From Gammaproteobacteria bacterium (lineage in GTDB: Bacteria; Pseudomonadota; Gammaproteobacteria; SZUA-229): a stretch of 64,000 nt of DNA. The translations under genes and the position numbers were made by a program. Location: NCBI GenBank assembly GCA_029882215.1, contig JAOULC010000007.1:13546-77545 (forward strand). Reading direction: 5' to 3'. The notes under the pieces were generated by a model. That model saw only the letters and a program-made list of their open reading frames with translations. It had not been told where the DNA came from and did not search any database. Numbering within the stretch: the first letter of the stretch is position 1; each line of letters opens with the position of its first letter. This document shows, in pieces, positions 10,299 through 19,147 of the stretch.

Positions 10299-10586
10299 AC
10301 TCCACGCTGAATAATTAACTTTTGTATCAATAACACCGTGCGCATTAAACCATACTGTCGCGAACGGCTAAAGATAATATTTTCCACACATCATGCTAAA
10401 AATCACCAATAAATTACCCTGTTCTGTGCTCTGCATGCCTTAAACTATAATAAAACTTAAGCTGACTGCTGCCGCTGGCACGACTGTGGTTTTGTCCTAT
10501 TTTTTTCAACATCATCACCTACTGATCTGAAAAAGCAATTTATTGACCTATACTGAATATATAATTAGCAATCCAGAGAAATATTC

Positions 10587-10949
10587 ATGGCTAAAGTACT
10601 ATGCGTTGATGATGCCCTCGTGATGAGACGGCTACTGAAGCAAATTCTTGAAAATCAGGGGCACACTGTCTTCACAGCGGCCGACGGCAATGAGGCAATG
10701 GCTATTGCACGTGATGAAACCGTTGATTTAGTACTTTGTGATGTCAACATGCCCAATATGTCAGGCACCAGCCTTGTGCCAAAGCTAAGGCGACTGGAGA
10801 CTTATAAAAGTACACCTATTGTTATGGTTACCACAGAATCGGATGGCTATAAAAAAGAGAAACTAAAATCCCTCGGGGCTAACGGCTGGTTAAGAAAGCC
10901 GTTTACCGAAGAGCAGGTGCTCAATATATTAAAACATTTTCTAAAATAA
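10587..10949 (+). CDS. Single-domain CheY-like response regulator (receiver only)
   Basis: 120 aa. It has the receiver-domain acid pocket (DD…D…K) and the typical ending LRKPF…L. Confidence 0.85.
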   Translation: MAKVLCVDDALVMRRLLKQILENQGHTVFTAADGNEAMAIARDETVDLVLCDVNMPNMSGTSLVPKLRRLETYKSTPIVMVTTESDGYKKEKLKSLGANGWLRKPFTEEQVLNILKHFLK

Positions 10950-11046
10950 GCCTGCGATCCTCCTATGATTTTGAAAACGACTTATACAAAAATAAATGAC
11001 CCGCTAACGGGCCATTTCTATGCTACAAATATTTTAACCGATATGT

Positions 11047-12633
11047 TTAAAACGCCCGGAAACTAATCACTTTTGGCTTCACTTTTTTATACTCTGGCAT
11101 CGTCATGCCAGCAGTTGCGTTGATATAAGTAGGATCAGTCACTACATAAGTCTTACCGTTGTGACGCACCTTATCACCATTTACATTAGCCTTAAACTCA
11201 ACTGCTGCAGCAATATGACCGGGGAAATCCAGCCCAACCACTTCAAGTCCGATTAAACTCCGTACTAGCCATGCAAATACAACCGAGCGATCTTCACAGT
11301 CTGAATACGGGTAATATAAAGTTTCTTCCGGGAACAGGTAGTTTTCTTCGCCAAACTGACCCTGATCCGTTTTATATTTAAACGCATTTTGCACAAATAA
11401 CAGAATAATATTAACGGCTTCTTCTTCAGATTTTCCGGCAACAATATCTTTCAACTGTCTCAGCACAGGATTGCCAATTTCCGCATTAACACGTGACTTG
11501 AAATACTGATCTATATCCATCTGCGGATAAGTACTCAAAAAATCAATAGTATTTTGATCATAACCCAGCATGACCTTATAGCGTTTATGATCATACGTAA
11601 AACTGACCTGACGACTTTTTTTACTCGCCCCAGTGTTCAGGCTTCTGTTAACTGACATATCCAGAGAGTTTTCTGCACCAGGATACTGACCATCATAAGT
11701 GAATACCTTGCCAGGTTTTGCTTTATTTCCATCCATCGCTAATGCGTAATAACGCTTACCACTAAAGGTAAAGTAAGCGACGCCATACAATGGCTGCTCG
11801 GTTGGCAGTAAAAGAAAAACTTTATTATCACTATACGCCAGACGCGCCTGATAACTTGTCTTAACCAGTAAAAACCAGGTAAATAATGACTGTTCATTTT
11901 TCTGCCCGGTATATATCGACTTCGCCAGCTCATTAACCAGTAAAGCATAGCTCCAGTCATTCAGTTGTAGCGGCTCACGCTGTTTCTTCAACTGCTCAAT
12001 TAAGCCATCATAATCCGCCTTACTTAAATCGGACCAGAAGTTACTGATCGTGTTTTCATTAATCGCACCGCGCATCTGAGCTTTTAATTTTGGGTCATAA
12101 TAAAAAAGTAAATCGCGTCCGTAATAATGTATTTTTGCTGCCCTGCCCTTTGGGGCATTTACTACAACCGGCAACACAACCGGTTTTTTTGCTATTGCCG
12201 GAGGGGTTTTAATCTCAACAGGTTTAACCACAATGGCAGGAGGCGTTTCCACTATCACTTTAGGGATGACAGGCTGCTCAGGCCTCTGCGTCTGAAGCGG
12301 TGTTTTCTCCGGATCTGGACGAGGTGTGACAGGATCTGCAACAGGAACCGGGGGCTTCTGTACGACTGGTTTAGGTTTAGGCTTTGCCACAGGCATCACC
12401 ACTGGTTTAGGCGCTGGGTCTCGTTTTATACCCCGGTCAACATCCAGCTCTTTCCAGTGAGACTGCAGAAAACTGGTAAACTCTTTATCCCGCAGATCTT
12501 TATATTCCTGGTATTCTGTTTGCTGTTGCTGCATCCACTCTGCAAAGCCACCCTCTGCAACAGAGCTGGCTGCCGGGATCATGCAAAGGCATATAACGCA
12601 AGCGGCAGCTGACCTGAAATCATTTGCACTCAT
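11047..12633 (-). CDS. Secreted Pro/Lys-rich protein with C-terminal transglutaminase-like (Cys-His-Asp) domain
   Basis: It has a signal peptide and a long PKPKP/PV-rich linker. The C-terminal core reads YSDCEDRS…FPGHIAAAVEF…YVVTDPTY, matching the transglutaminase-like cysteine protease catalytic triad spacing. Confidence 0.6.
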   Translation of the reverse strand: MSANDFRSAAACVICLCMIPAASSVAEGGFAEWMQQQQTEYQEYKDLRDKEFTSFLQSHWKELDVDRGIKRDPAPKPVVMPVAKPKPKPVVQKPPVPVADPVTPRPDPEKTPLQTQRPEQPVIPKVIVETPPAIVVKPVEIKTPPAIAKKPVVLPVVVNAPKGRAAKIHYYGRDLLFYYDPKLKAQMRGAINENTISNFWSDLSKADYDGLIEQLKKQREPLQLNDWSYALLVNELAKSIYTGQKNEQSLFTWFLLVKTSYQARLAYSDNKVFLLLPTEQPLYGVAYFTFSGKRYYALAMDGNKAKPGKVFTYDGQYPGAENSLDMSVNRSLNTGASKKSRQVSFTYDHKRYKVMLGYDQNTIDFLSTYPQMDIDQYFKSRVNAEIGNPVLRQLKDIVAGKSEEEAVNIILLFVQNAFKYKTDQGQFGEENYLFPEETLYYPYSDCEDRSVVFAWLVRSLIGLEVVGLDFPGHIAAAVEFKANVNGDKVRHNGKTYVVTDPTYINATAGMTMPEYKKVKPKVISFRAF

Positions 12634-12732
12634 ATCATCACCCGAAAATTAGACTTATCATTAGTTTTTTGAATTTTGTAGGCTGAGTCTTCAGACAAAG
12701 AAGCCGGTGTTAACCGGCTTCTTTAGATTGAC

Positions 12733-13317
12733 TTATTTGTTGTAATTTAAAATTTCAGCTGCCAGTTCGTCCTGGCTCTTCTTCGCTTTAAACTGCTGCC
12801 ATAAAGCTGCATCGTTATTCATACTTGACTTAAGTGCTGCTGCGCCAGCCTGCTTAACAGCACTCACATTCATGCCCATTAATACATAAGTGCCGCCCAT
12901 TGGAGACTGAGTCACTTTAATGACTTTTGCACCAACCAGTCTTTCACCAGTTATCTCTTTAGTTACAGAAGTATATACGCGGTCAACAGTCTGGGCATCG
13001 CCGGTACCGGTATTTTCAATATGTGCTTTAACCATATTGTTTACCTGCACACCAATCTCTTTGGCCAGCTTAACCCTTGCCTGTGTGGTCGCAATTGTTT
13101 CTGTTAAAGACGGACCAGCTGCTAATTTTTCAGAGAAACCAACTGCCGACGCTTCATAGCCCTGATGAACCCGGTCACAAATCCAAGCTGGCGCCGGAAT
13201 ATTTGGCGCATCTTTATGTGCACACTCTATCGCCACAACATTATCTTTTTTTCCACCACAAGCTGCCAGTGTTGATATCAACGCCACACCTGTCAGTAAT
13301 TTTAGTCCTGTATTCAT
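12733..13317 (-). CDS. LPP20-family lipoprotein
   Basis: Lipobox LAAC at residues 17-20, with PxW and conserved core motifs shared with the 14804..15187 paralogue. Confidence 0.55.
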   Translation of the reverse strand: MNTGLKLLTGVALISTLAACGGKKDNVVAIECAHKDAPNIPAPAWICDRVHQGYEASAVGFSEKLAAGPSLTETIATTQARVKLAKEIGVQVNNMVKAHIENTGTGDAQTVDRVYTSVTKEITGERLVGAKVIKVTQSPMGGTYVLMGMNVSAVKQAGAAALKSSMNNDAALWQQFKAKKSQDELAAEILNYNK

Positions 13318-13572
13318 AATATTTTCTCCGAAATTATAATTTTATTGCCCGGTTAGCGAGCTTGTTTTGTTACATTCGCCCAGGTCAGCTGATACACCCC
13401 ATAACCCAGTGCCGGTAAACTCTAGACTAAACATAGCCGAGAGTCATCTAATTCGCAATACCTATGTTGAGTATTATATTAGCCATTTCAGAAAACTAAT
13501 TTATTGAAGTTGATCACATTTCATGTATTTCAATATGCTAATCTTAAATAAAGAGTCAATACAGGTATAGTT

Positions 13573-14790
13573 ATGCACGCTCGTATCAATATATTATTTA
13601 TTTTAGCTTCTCTTAGCTTCACGCCTTCTTCATTATTAGCAGAGTCATTTTCTGATTATATGAAGCAACAGCAAGATAAATCGGGGCAGGAGTTTTTACA
13701 GTATAAGTCAGCCACCGATGATGAATTCGAGACTTACAAGAAGCAACTTCAGGATGCTTTCAAGCTATATAAGCAATCCGTAGCAAAAGTCTGGGGGAAA
13801 AATCAGACCACCCTGCCTACAAGCTTGCAAGACGTTAGCTATCGGGACAAGCTTAATCAACGCAGTATTATTGACTATAAAAGCGGCGAAATAACCGTTG
13901 ATATTATTTTATCACCTGATGAAACAACAAACACGAAGCGGGTTCAGGACAAAATGAAGCAGGCGCTTAAAACCACATTAAACAGAGGCAGTGATACCCG
14001 CTCCATAATAGACATTGCTAAGAAACCTGCTGTTGCCACCAATAATGGCCCTGCGCTGTTATCCCAACTTGTTCAGGACACTAACGGCAAACCATTAAAT
14101 CCCGCTAACAACAAACATTTCATTGAGCAACAGAGTCAAAAAATTTCGCTGATATCAACACGCGGTACGGATAACAGGCCACGCATCATCGCCAGCACAA
14201 GCTTCCCTATGATACCGGCTCACCTTGAAGTCAGAGCCAGAAAATACCTGGCGCCGGTTAAAAAGTATTCGAATAATATGAAGCTACCTCCTGAGCTGGT
14301 CTTTGCCATCATGGAAACGGAAAGTGCCTTTAACCCGAACGCACGTTCAAGTGTCCCGGCGTTTGGCCTGATGCAACTAGTACCCACTAGTGGTGCACGT
14401 GATGCGTATCGCTTACTATATAATCAGGACAAAGTGGTCAGTGACCGTTATTTATACAACCCGGATAACAATATAAAAATGGGCACTGCTTTTATTCATA
14501 AGCTTTATTATTCTTACCTGTCTGAAATAATCCACCCCGAGGCGCGTACATGGGCCGCTATTGCCGGTTATAACACCGGCGCAGGCAATGTCCTTATAAC
14601 ATTTGCAGGGAAATATCGTCGTTCAAAATTTGGCAATCGATCAAACTGGAAAAAACATGCATTTTCCATTATAAATAGTAAAACACCCGAACAGGTTTAC
14701 CGTTATTTACAACAGAACTTGCCACATAAAGAAACACAGCACTACATCAAAAATATAAGAACAAGAATAGATAAATATAAAGCACTTTAA
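13573..14790 (+). CDS. mltC: Membrane-bound lytic murein transglycosylase, MltC-like (SLT domain)
   Basis: Catalytic motif ETESAFNPNARS…GLMQL is present. The region PAHLEVRARKYL…KYSNNMKLPPELVFAIM is near-collinear with E. coli MltC. It has an N-terminal signal peptide. Confidence 0.8.
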   Translation: MHARINILFILASLSFTPSSLLAESFSDYMKQQQDKSGQEFLQYKSATDDEFETYKKQLQDAFKLYKQSVAKVWGKNQTTLPTSLQDVSYRDKLNQRSIIDYKSGEITVDIILSPDETTNTKRVQDKMKQALKTTLNRGSDTRSIIDIAKKPAVATNNGPALLSQLVQDTNGKPLNPANNKHFIEQQSQKISLISTRGTDNRPRIIASTSFPMIPAHLEVRARKYLAPVKKYSNNMKLPPELVFAIMETESAFNPNARSSVPAFGLMQLVPTSGARDAYRLLYNQDKVVSDRYLYNPDNNIKMGTAFIHKLYYSYLSEIIHPEARTWAAIAGYNTGAGNVLITFAGKYRRSKFGNRSNWKKHAFSIINSKTPEQVYRYLQQNLPHKETQHYIKNIRTRIDKYKAL

Positions 14791-14803
14791 GGCGAACCCA
14801 TAA

Positions 14804-15187
14804 ATGAAGATAATACTGATCAGTTTTTTATGTTTTTTAGCGATTGCATGCCAGTCTGGCACGATAAAAAAAGAAGCCAGACCTGGCTGGATACTTAATC
14901 CGCAAGAAGGCGCCGTGGGCTCATGTGGTACACACCTGATGGGCAGACATGCTCAGGAAGAAGTCGCTATTGGTCTTGCACGAACACGCCTTGCTGCCGC
15001 TATGGGTGTCACCATAGACCAGGTACAAACTGTTAATATCAATGCCAGTAATAATCACAGCAACATCATGCTGGACTCTGCATCGACACAAGTTTTAAAA
15101 AACAAAACGGTAAAGGCTCATGTCCGGGCTCTCTGGTATGACAAACCACGAGACCGCATCTGGGCCTGGCTGTATCCGGTCAAATAA
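14804..15187 (+). CDS. LPP20-like lipoprotein (short paralogue)
   Basis: Lipobox IAC. It aligns with the 12733..13317 protein (PGWI…; AIGLARTRLAAAMG vs TTQARVKLAKEIG). It starts 14 nt after the mltC-like stop. Confidence 0.5.
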   Translation: MKIILISFLCFLAIACQSGTIKKEARPGWILNPQEGAVGSCGTHLMGRHAQEEVAIGLARTRLAAAMGVTIDQVQTVNINASNNHSNIMLDSASTQVLKNKTVKAHVRALWYDKPRDRIWAWLYPVK

Positions 15188-15195
15188 GCAGGCAT

Positions 15196-15240
15196 TGGCA
15201 AGCTGTAATAGCTTGCCAGCCGCTTTTAAGCCGGCTAGGT
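15196..15240. terminator. Convergent terminator hairpins between the LPP20-like gene (+) and the GGDEF gene (-)
   Basis: 9-bp stem tggcaagct / gtaat / agcttgcca, followed by a second short GC stem with ttttaa. Confidence 0.45.
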
Positions 15241-17262
15241 AGTTCGACATCCCGCTACCACGCAACGATTCCTGCCCGACTTTTTGGCCTGATATAAGGC
15301 CTTATCCGCCCGTTCAAAAACTTTAGCCAGAGTATCATCTGTTCTAAAGCCGCTAATTCCGCATGAAATGGTTATATTCACCGCTTCATTTTTATAGTGA
15401 AACGCACAATCTTCTACTGCCTTGCGCAGTTCATTTGCCAGTCGTAATGTTTCTTCTTCAATAGTACCCGGCAATAACATAACAAACTCTTCACCACCAT
15501 AACGCGCAAGAAAATCAGTCTCACGGATACGCTTATTGAGAATCTGAGCGATGGCTTTTAGCACCTTATCACCTGCCTTATGCCCATACGTATCGTTTAC
15601 TGATTTAAATTTATCAACATCCCACACCGCAATAGACAACGGCGTGTCAAACCGTTTCCAACGCGCTATATCCTCTTTAATTCTTTTTTCATAAAACAAA
15701 CGATTAGGTATTTCTGTTAGGGCATCATACATTGCCTCTTTATTTTTTTTCTCAAGCCGGACTTTAAGTTCGTTTGTTTCATTCTCAAGCTGGATAATTT
15801 TATCCTGCATTTTTGCAACATTATCTTTAGCAGAATCAAAGCGGCCTTGCTCCAGCTGTCGATGCTGCTTCATAAATTCACCGATTGCATCCAGTCTGCT
15901 ATTTACCACTGACTGTAACGCCGGCAGTGTGGTAGCAGACTCTATACCCTGTCTCATATAATCTACTTCTTTCGATACTGCACGGTTAAATTCACTGCCA
16001 TTTTTTTCAGTTTTATCAATTTCCTCATTTTCATTCACTAAGAACTGCACCATCTCCTGCAAACGACGGGTAATTTCCTGCAGAAAATCCTCATAACCTC
16101 CATCTTCCTGATACTGATAAAACCTCACTTCATTAATAAAGTGAACGATTTTTTTCATTCCTGACTGCCAGTCTTTATCTTCACCGGCTTCAAGATAAGT
16201 CTTTAGCGTTTCAACTTTATTCAGCAGCGCCACTGGTACAACAAGCCGCTCAAGTAGCTGGATAAATATTTCACGCATTTTTGGCATACTGTCAGCCGTC
16301 ACATTTGCTTCACTTATCATCTCGATATCTGATACAGCTGACGGTGACAGGTTAATTAACTGTGATATGGCCTGCGCTAATAATGCAGGTTCATCATCTA
16401 GGTCTGTTAACGACAGTTCTATTGATTGCAGACTTTTGTGAGCTGGCTGGTTTTTTTTAAGATCTGCGACAAATTCACTGAGAGTATCTTTTTTTATGCT
16501 ATCCACATTGATGTTGCTTGTTTCCTCATCGCCGGCAGACAGCTTCGGTGTCTTATTTTCGCCCGCCGGTGACATTTGCTTAGCCAGCTTAGAAAAACTC
16601 TTTAGCAATTCATCAAAGTTTTCATTATCACTGCATTTAGCGATTGCCAAAGATAGTTTTTTGCTCTGGCTCTTCTGTGTTTCGGGCCATGCTATGGATG
16701 CAACAGCTTCTGACAGCAATAGAAGTGACTCTGACGATTCAGCTTTGTTTTTATTCGAAAATAGCTTTGCCAGCAACCCGCCGCTCTCCGCTGCTGAGCC
16801 TGCCTCTGCTATATCTTTAAATAAAGCCTGCAGTTCCACTGCAATTGATTTGATGGAAGCCGGGTTTTTCTTTAGTTCTTTGACTAGCAGGCTTTTCTTT
16901 TTATGTGCTTCTTTTGCCAGCTTAATTCCATCCAGCATATCAATGACAGCATCAAGCTCTACCTGCATTTTTTTATTTTTACTTGATTTTTTTTCTGTTT
17001 CTGTGACCAGCTTAAGCAGTTCAACCAGCACTGCTTCAACGCGGTAGAGATTAAATTTTTCTTTAAGAACCACCCGCAAGGCCTGCAAGTGGCTGTCGAT
17101 TTGAGGCTCAACCCCTTCGGCTAGAAGGCTGATACGGCTCAGTGCCGATGACAGTAGCTTTTCAGATTTAACCCAGTCAGACTGCTGCTTTTCAAATTTA
17201 TCCAGCAGTCCGTAATACTTCCCTTTCCACTTTTCGGCTTCAGGGCCTTCTATACTCGCCAT
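15235..17262 (-). CDS. Cytoplasmic diguanylate cyclase (long coiled-coil/Lys-rich N-terminal region plus GGDEF domain, GGEEF active site)
   Basis: The C-terminal ~170 aa carry RYGGEEF and KSVNDTYGH motifs. The N-terminal ~480 aa is predicted helical and coiled-coil-rich, with no TM segment. Confidence 0.85.
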   Translation of the reverse strand: MASIEGPEAEKWKGKYYGLLDKFEKQQSDWVKSEKLLSSALSRISLLAEGVEPQIDSHLQALRVVLKEKFNLYRVEAVLVELLKLVTETEKKSSKNKKMQVELDAVIDMLDGIKLAKEAHKKKSLLVKELKKNPASIKSIAVELQALFKDIAEAGSAAESGGLLAKLFSNKNKAESSESLLLLSEAVASIAWPETQKSQSKKLSLAIAKCSDNENFDELLKSFSKLAKQMSPAGENKTPKLSAGDEETSNINVDSIKKDTLSEFVADLKKNQPAHKSLQSIELSLTDLDDEPALLAQAISQLINLSPSAVSDIEMISEANVTADSMPKMREIFIQLLERLVVPVALLNKVETLKTYLEAGEDKDWQSGMKKIVHFINEVRFYQYQEDGGYEDFLQEITRRLQEMVQFLVNENEEIDKTEKNGSEFNRAVSKEVDYMRQGIESATTLPALQSVVNSRLDAIGEFMKQHRQLEQGRFDSAKDNVAKMQDKIIQLENETNELKVRLEKKNKEAMYDALTEIPNRLFYEKRIKEDIARWKRFDTPLSIAVWDVDKFKSVNDTYGHKAGDKVLKAIAQILNKRIRETDFLARYGGEEFVMLLPGTIEEETLRLANELRKAVEDCAFHYKNEAVNITISCGISGFRTDDTLAKVFERADKALYQAKKSGRNRCVVAGCRTT

Positions 17263-17283
17263 GTTTTTTTCTCATCATCGGTT

Positions 17284-17898
17284 TCATTTTTTTGATTCTT
17301 TGGCGATGAGATAATTAACGACATCAATCATTTGCTGATTACCACCTGCCATACTGCCACTGGTGATGTATTTGCCGTTAATTGCTAACTGGGGCACACC
17401 TTTGACTTCATAGTCTTTCATCATTTTACGGGCTTTATTTAGCTTGCCATTAACCGCAAATGAATTCATGTTTTTAGTAAACTGGTCGCGATCAACACCC
17501 TGTTGCACTATAAAGTCAGTTAATGATTTCTCATCGAACAAACGCATTTTTTTCATGTGTATGGCTTCAAAAATTTTCTCATGAAGCTTTTTTTGCATAC
17601 CCATCAATTCTAGTGCATAAAATGCTTTTGTGTGAATTTCCCATTTTTTATTCAGCGGTGCCGGTATCTGGATAAATTCAACATTTTCCGGCTTTTCAGC
17701 CAGCCAGCGATTCAGGGTTGGCTCAAAGTAAAAGCAGTGCGGGCAGCCATACCAGAAAAACTCTATCACTTCGACACGCTCCGGGCTGGCAGTAGGCTGC
17801 TGATTGATACTGCGGTACTCAAAACCGGCCGTGTAGTTTTCTGAACACGCGGTACCTGAAAACAAAAACATTACTGCTAACGCTACGATCTTTTTCAT
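17284..17898 (-). CDS. dsbA: Thiol:disulfide interchange protein DsbA
   Basis: Signal peptide, CPHC active site, and a length of 204 aa. Confidence 0.9.
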   Translation of the reverse strand: MKKIVALAVMFLFSGTACSENYTAGFEYRSINQQPTASPERVEVIEFFWYGCPHCFYFEPTLNRWLAEKPENVEFIQIPAPLNKKWEIHTKAFYALELMGMQKKLHEKIFEAIHMKKMRLFDEKSLTDFIVQQGVDRDQFTKNMNSFAVNGKLNKARKMMKDYEVKGVPQLAINGKYITSGSMAGGNQQMIDVVNYLIAKESKK

Positions 17899-17981
17899 TC
17901 TCTTAGTTTCTCCATATTTTTTATTTTTCAGGCATGGTTTCTGCTGTTATGTTAACCATGCCTCGTTTAATTATCCAGGCT

Positions 17982-19145
17982 TTAAAGCTCGCCGTATGAA
18001 TGCAGGCCTGACAGGAACATATTCACCCCGAGGAAAGCAAACAAGGTAACAAACAAGCCGATAATAGCCCACCAGGCCATTGGCGCACCGCGCCAGCCTT
18101 TAGTCAGACGCATATGCAGCCAGGCGGCATAATTTAACCAGACAATAAGCGCCCATGTTTCTTTCGGATCCCAGCTCCAGTATCCACCCCAGGCTTCAGC
18201 TGCCCACATTGCGCCAAGAATGGTTGCAATGGTAAAGAAAGCAAAACCCAGCGCAATCGCTTTATACATAATATCGTCGATGATCTGCAGTTCCGGCAGG
18301 CGCTTAACCACACTGTTATCAGCAAATTTTTCTTTTATCAGATAGGCCACACCCAGCATGGCACTCATCGCAAAAGCGCCATAGCCAACAAAATTTGCCG
18401 GTACATGAATCTTCATCCAGTAACTTTGTAGTGCAGGCACCAGTGGTTTAATGTCAGCAGCGCCTCTGGTTTCATACCAGAAAACAAAACCGACCGCAGC
18501 GGAAATAATCAGCAGAACAAAGCCGCCCATATTTTTGTTTTTATAACGCCCTTCATAATAAAGATACATAAGGCCGGTGATGATGCAGAACATGATGAAC
18601 ACTTCATACAAGTTACTCACCGGTATATGACCGTATTCCGGGTTATACAGGTATGACTCACGCCAGCGAACCATCAGACCAACAAAACCAAAACCTGTCG
18701 CTATCCAGGTCATGCGTGAGGCCACATTTAGTGCAAACTCTGAGTTAGCCATCAAACCAAGAAAGTAACTAGCTGTTGCAAGGAAAAACAGCGCACCCAT
18801 CCAGGCAAATGCTGACTGACTCGATAGTAAGAATTTGAGAAAAAAGTTTTGCTCACCGGCTGCCAGACTATCACCATATAACCAGATTGAGAACAGGCTA
18901 AAAATACCAACACACACAGCGTAAAAAATGCTGCTTTTCCAGTACCAGCCAACAAAAGCGGTTAGTACAGCCACACCAATCAATATAGCAACTTCATAGC
19001 CATCCATCATTGCGCCATACAATGTCAGCGTCGCAACACAGGCAATGGTTAACAGTCCAAACCATGCCCAGTCTTTGCTATTAATTAAGCTCAGAAGGGT
19101 TGGTTTATTGAGTTCACCAAATTTCAAGCTTTCTGCTTCCGACAT
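17982..19145 (-). CDS. ccsA: Cytochrome c-type biogenesis protein CcsA/ResC (System II haem-handling, WWD domain)
   Basis: A polytopic membrane protein with the motif WGGYWSWDPKETWAL. Confidence 0.85.
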   Translation of the reverse strand: MSEAESLKFGELNKPTLLSLINSKDWAWFGLLTIACVATLTLYGAMMDGYEVAILIGVAVLTAFVGWYWKSSIFYAVCVGIFSLFSIWLYGDSLAAGEQNFFLKFLLSSQSAFAWMGALFFLATASYFLGLMANSEFALNVASRMTWIATGFGFVGLMVRWRESYLYNPEYGHIPVSNLYEVFIMFCIITGLMYLYYEGRYKNKNMGGFVLLIISAAVGFVFWYETRGAADIKPLVPALQSYWMKIHVPANFVGYGAFAMSAMLGVAYLIKEKFADNSVVKRLPELQIIDDIMYKAIALGFAFFTIATILGAMWAAEAWGGYWSWDPKETWALIVWLNYAAWLHMRLTKGWRGAPMAWWAIIGLFVTLFAFLGVNMFLSGLHSYGEL

Positions 19146-19147
19146 AA

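Noticed and set aside
12127-12612. 161-aa Cys/Arg/His-rich ORF on the plus strand
   Set aside because: It lies antisense to the Pro/Lys-rich linker of the 11047..12633 gene. Its composition is the reverse-complement artefact of repetitive CCN/AAR codons, and it has no independent start signals.
16496-17047. 183-aa Ser-rich ORF on the plus strand
   Set aside because: It lies antisense within the coiled-coil region of the GGDEF gene. It is low-complexity, and the minus-strand gene has the much stronger coding signature.
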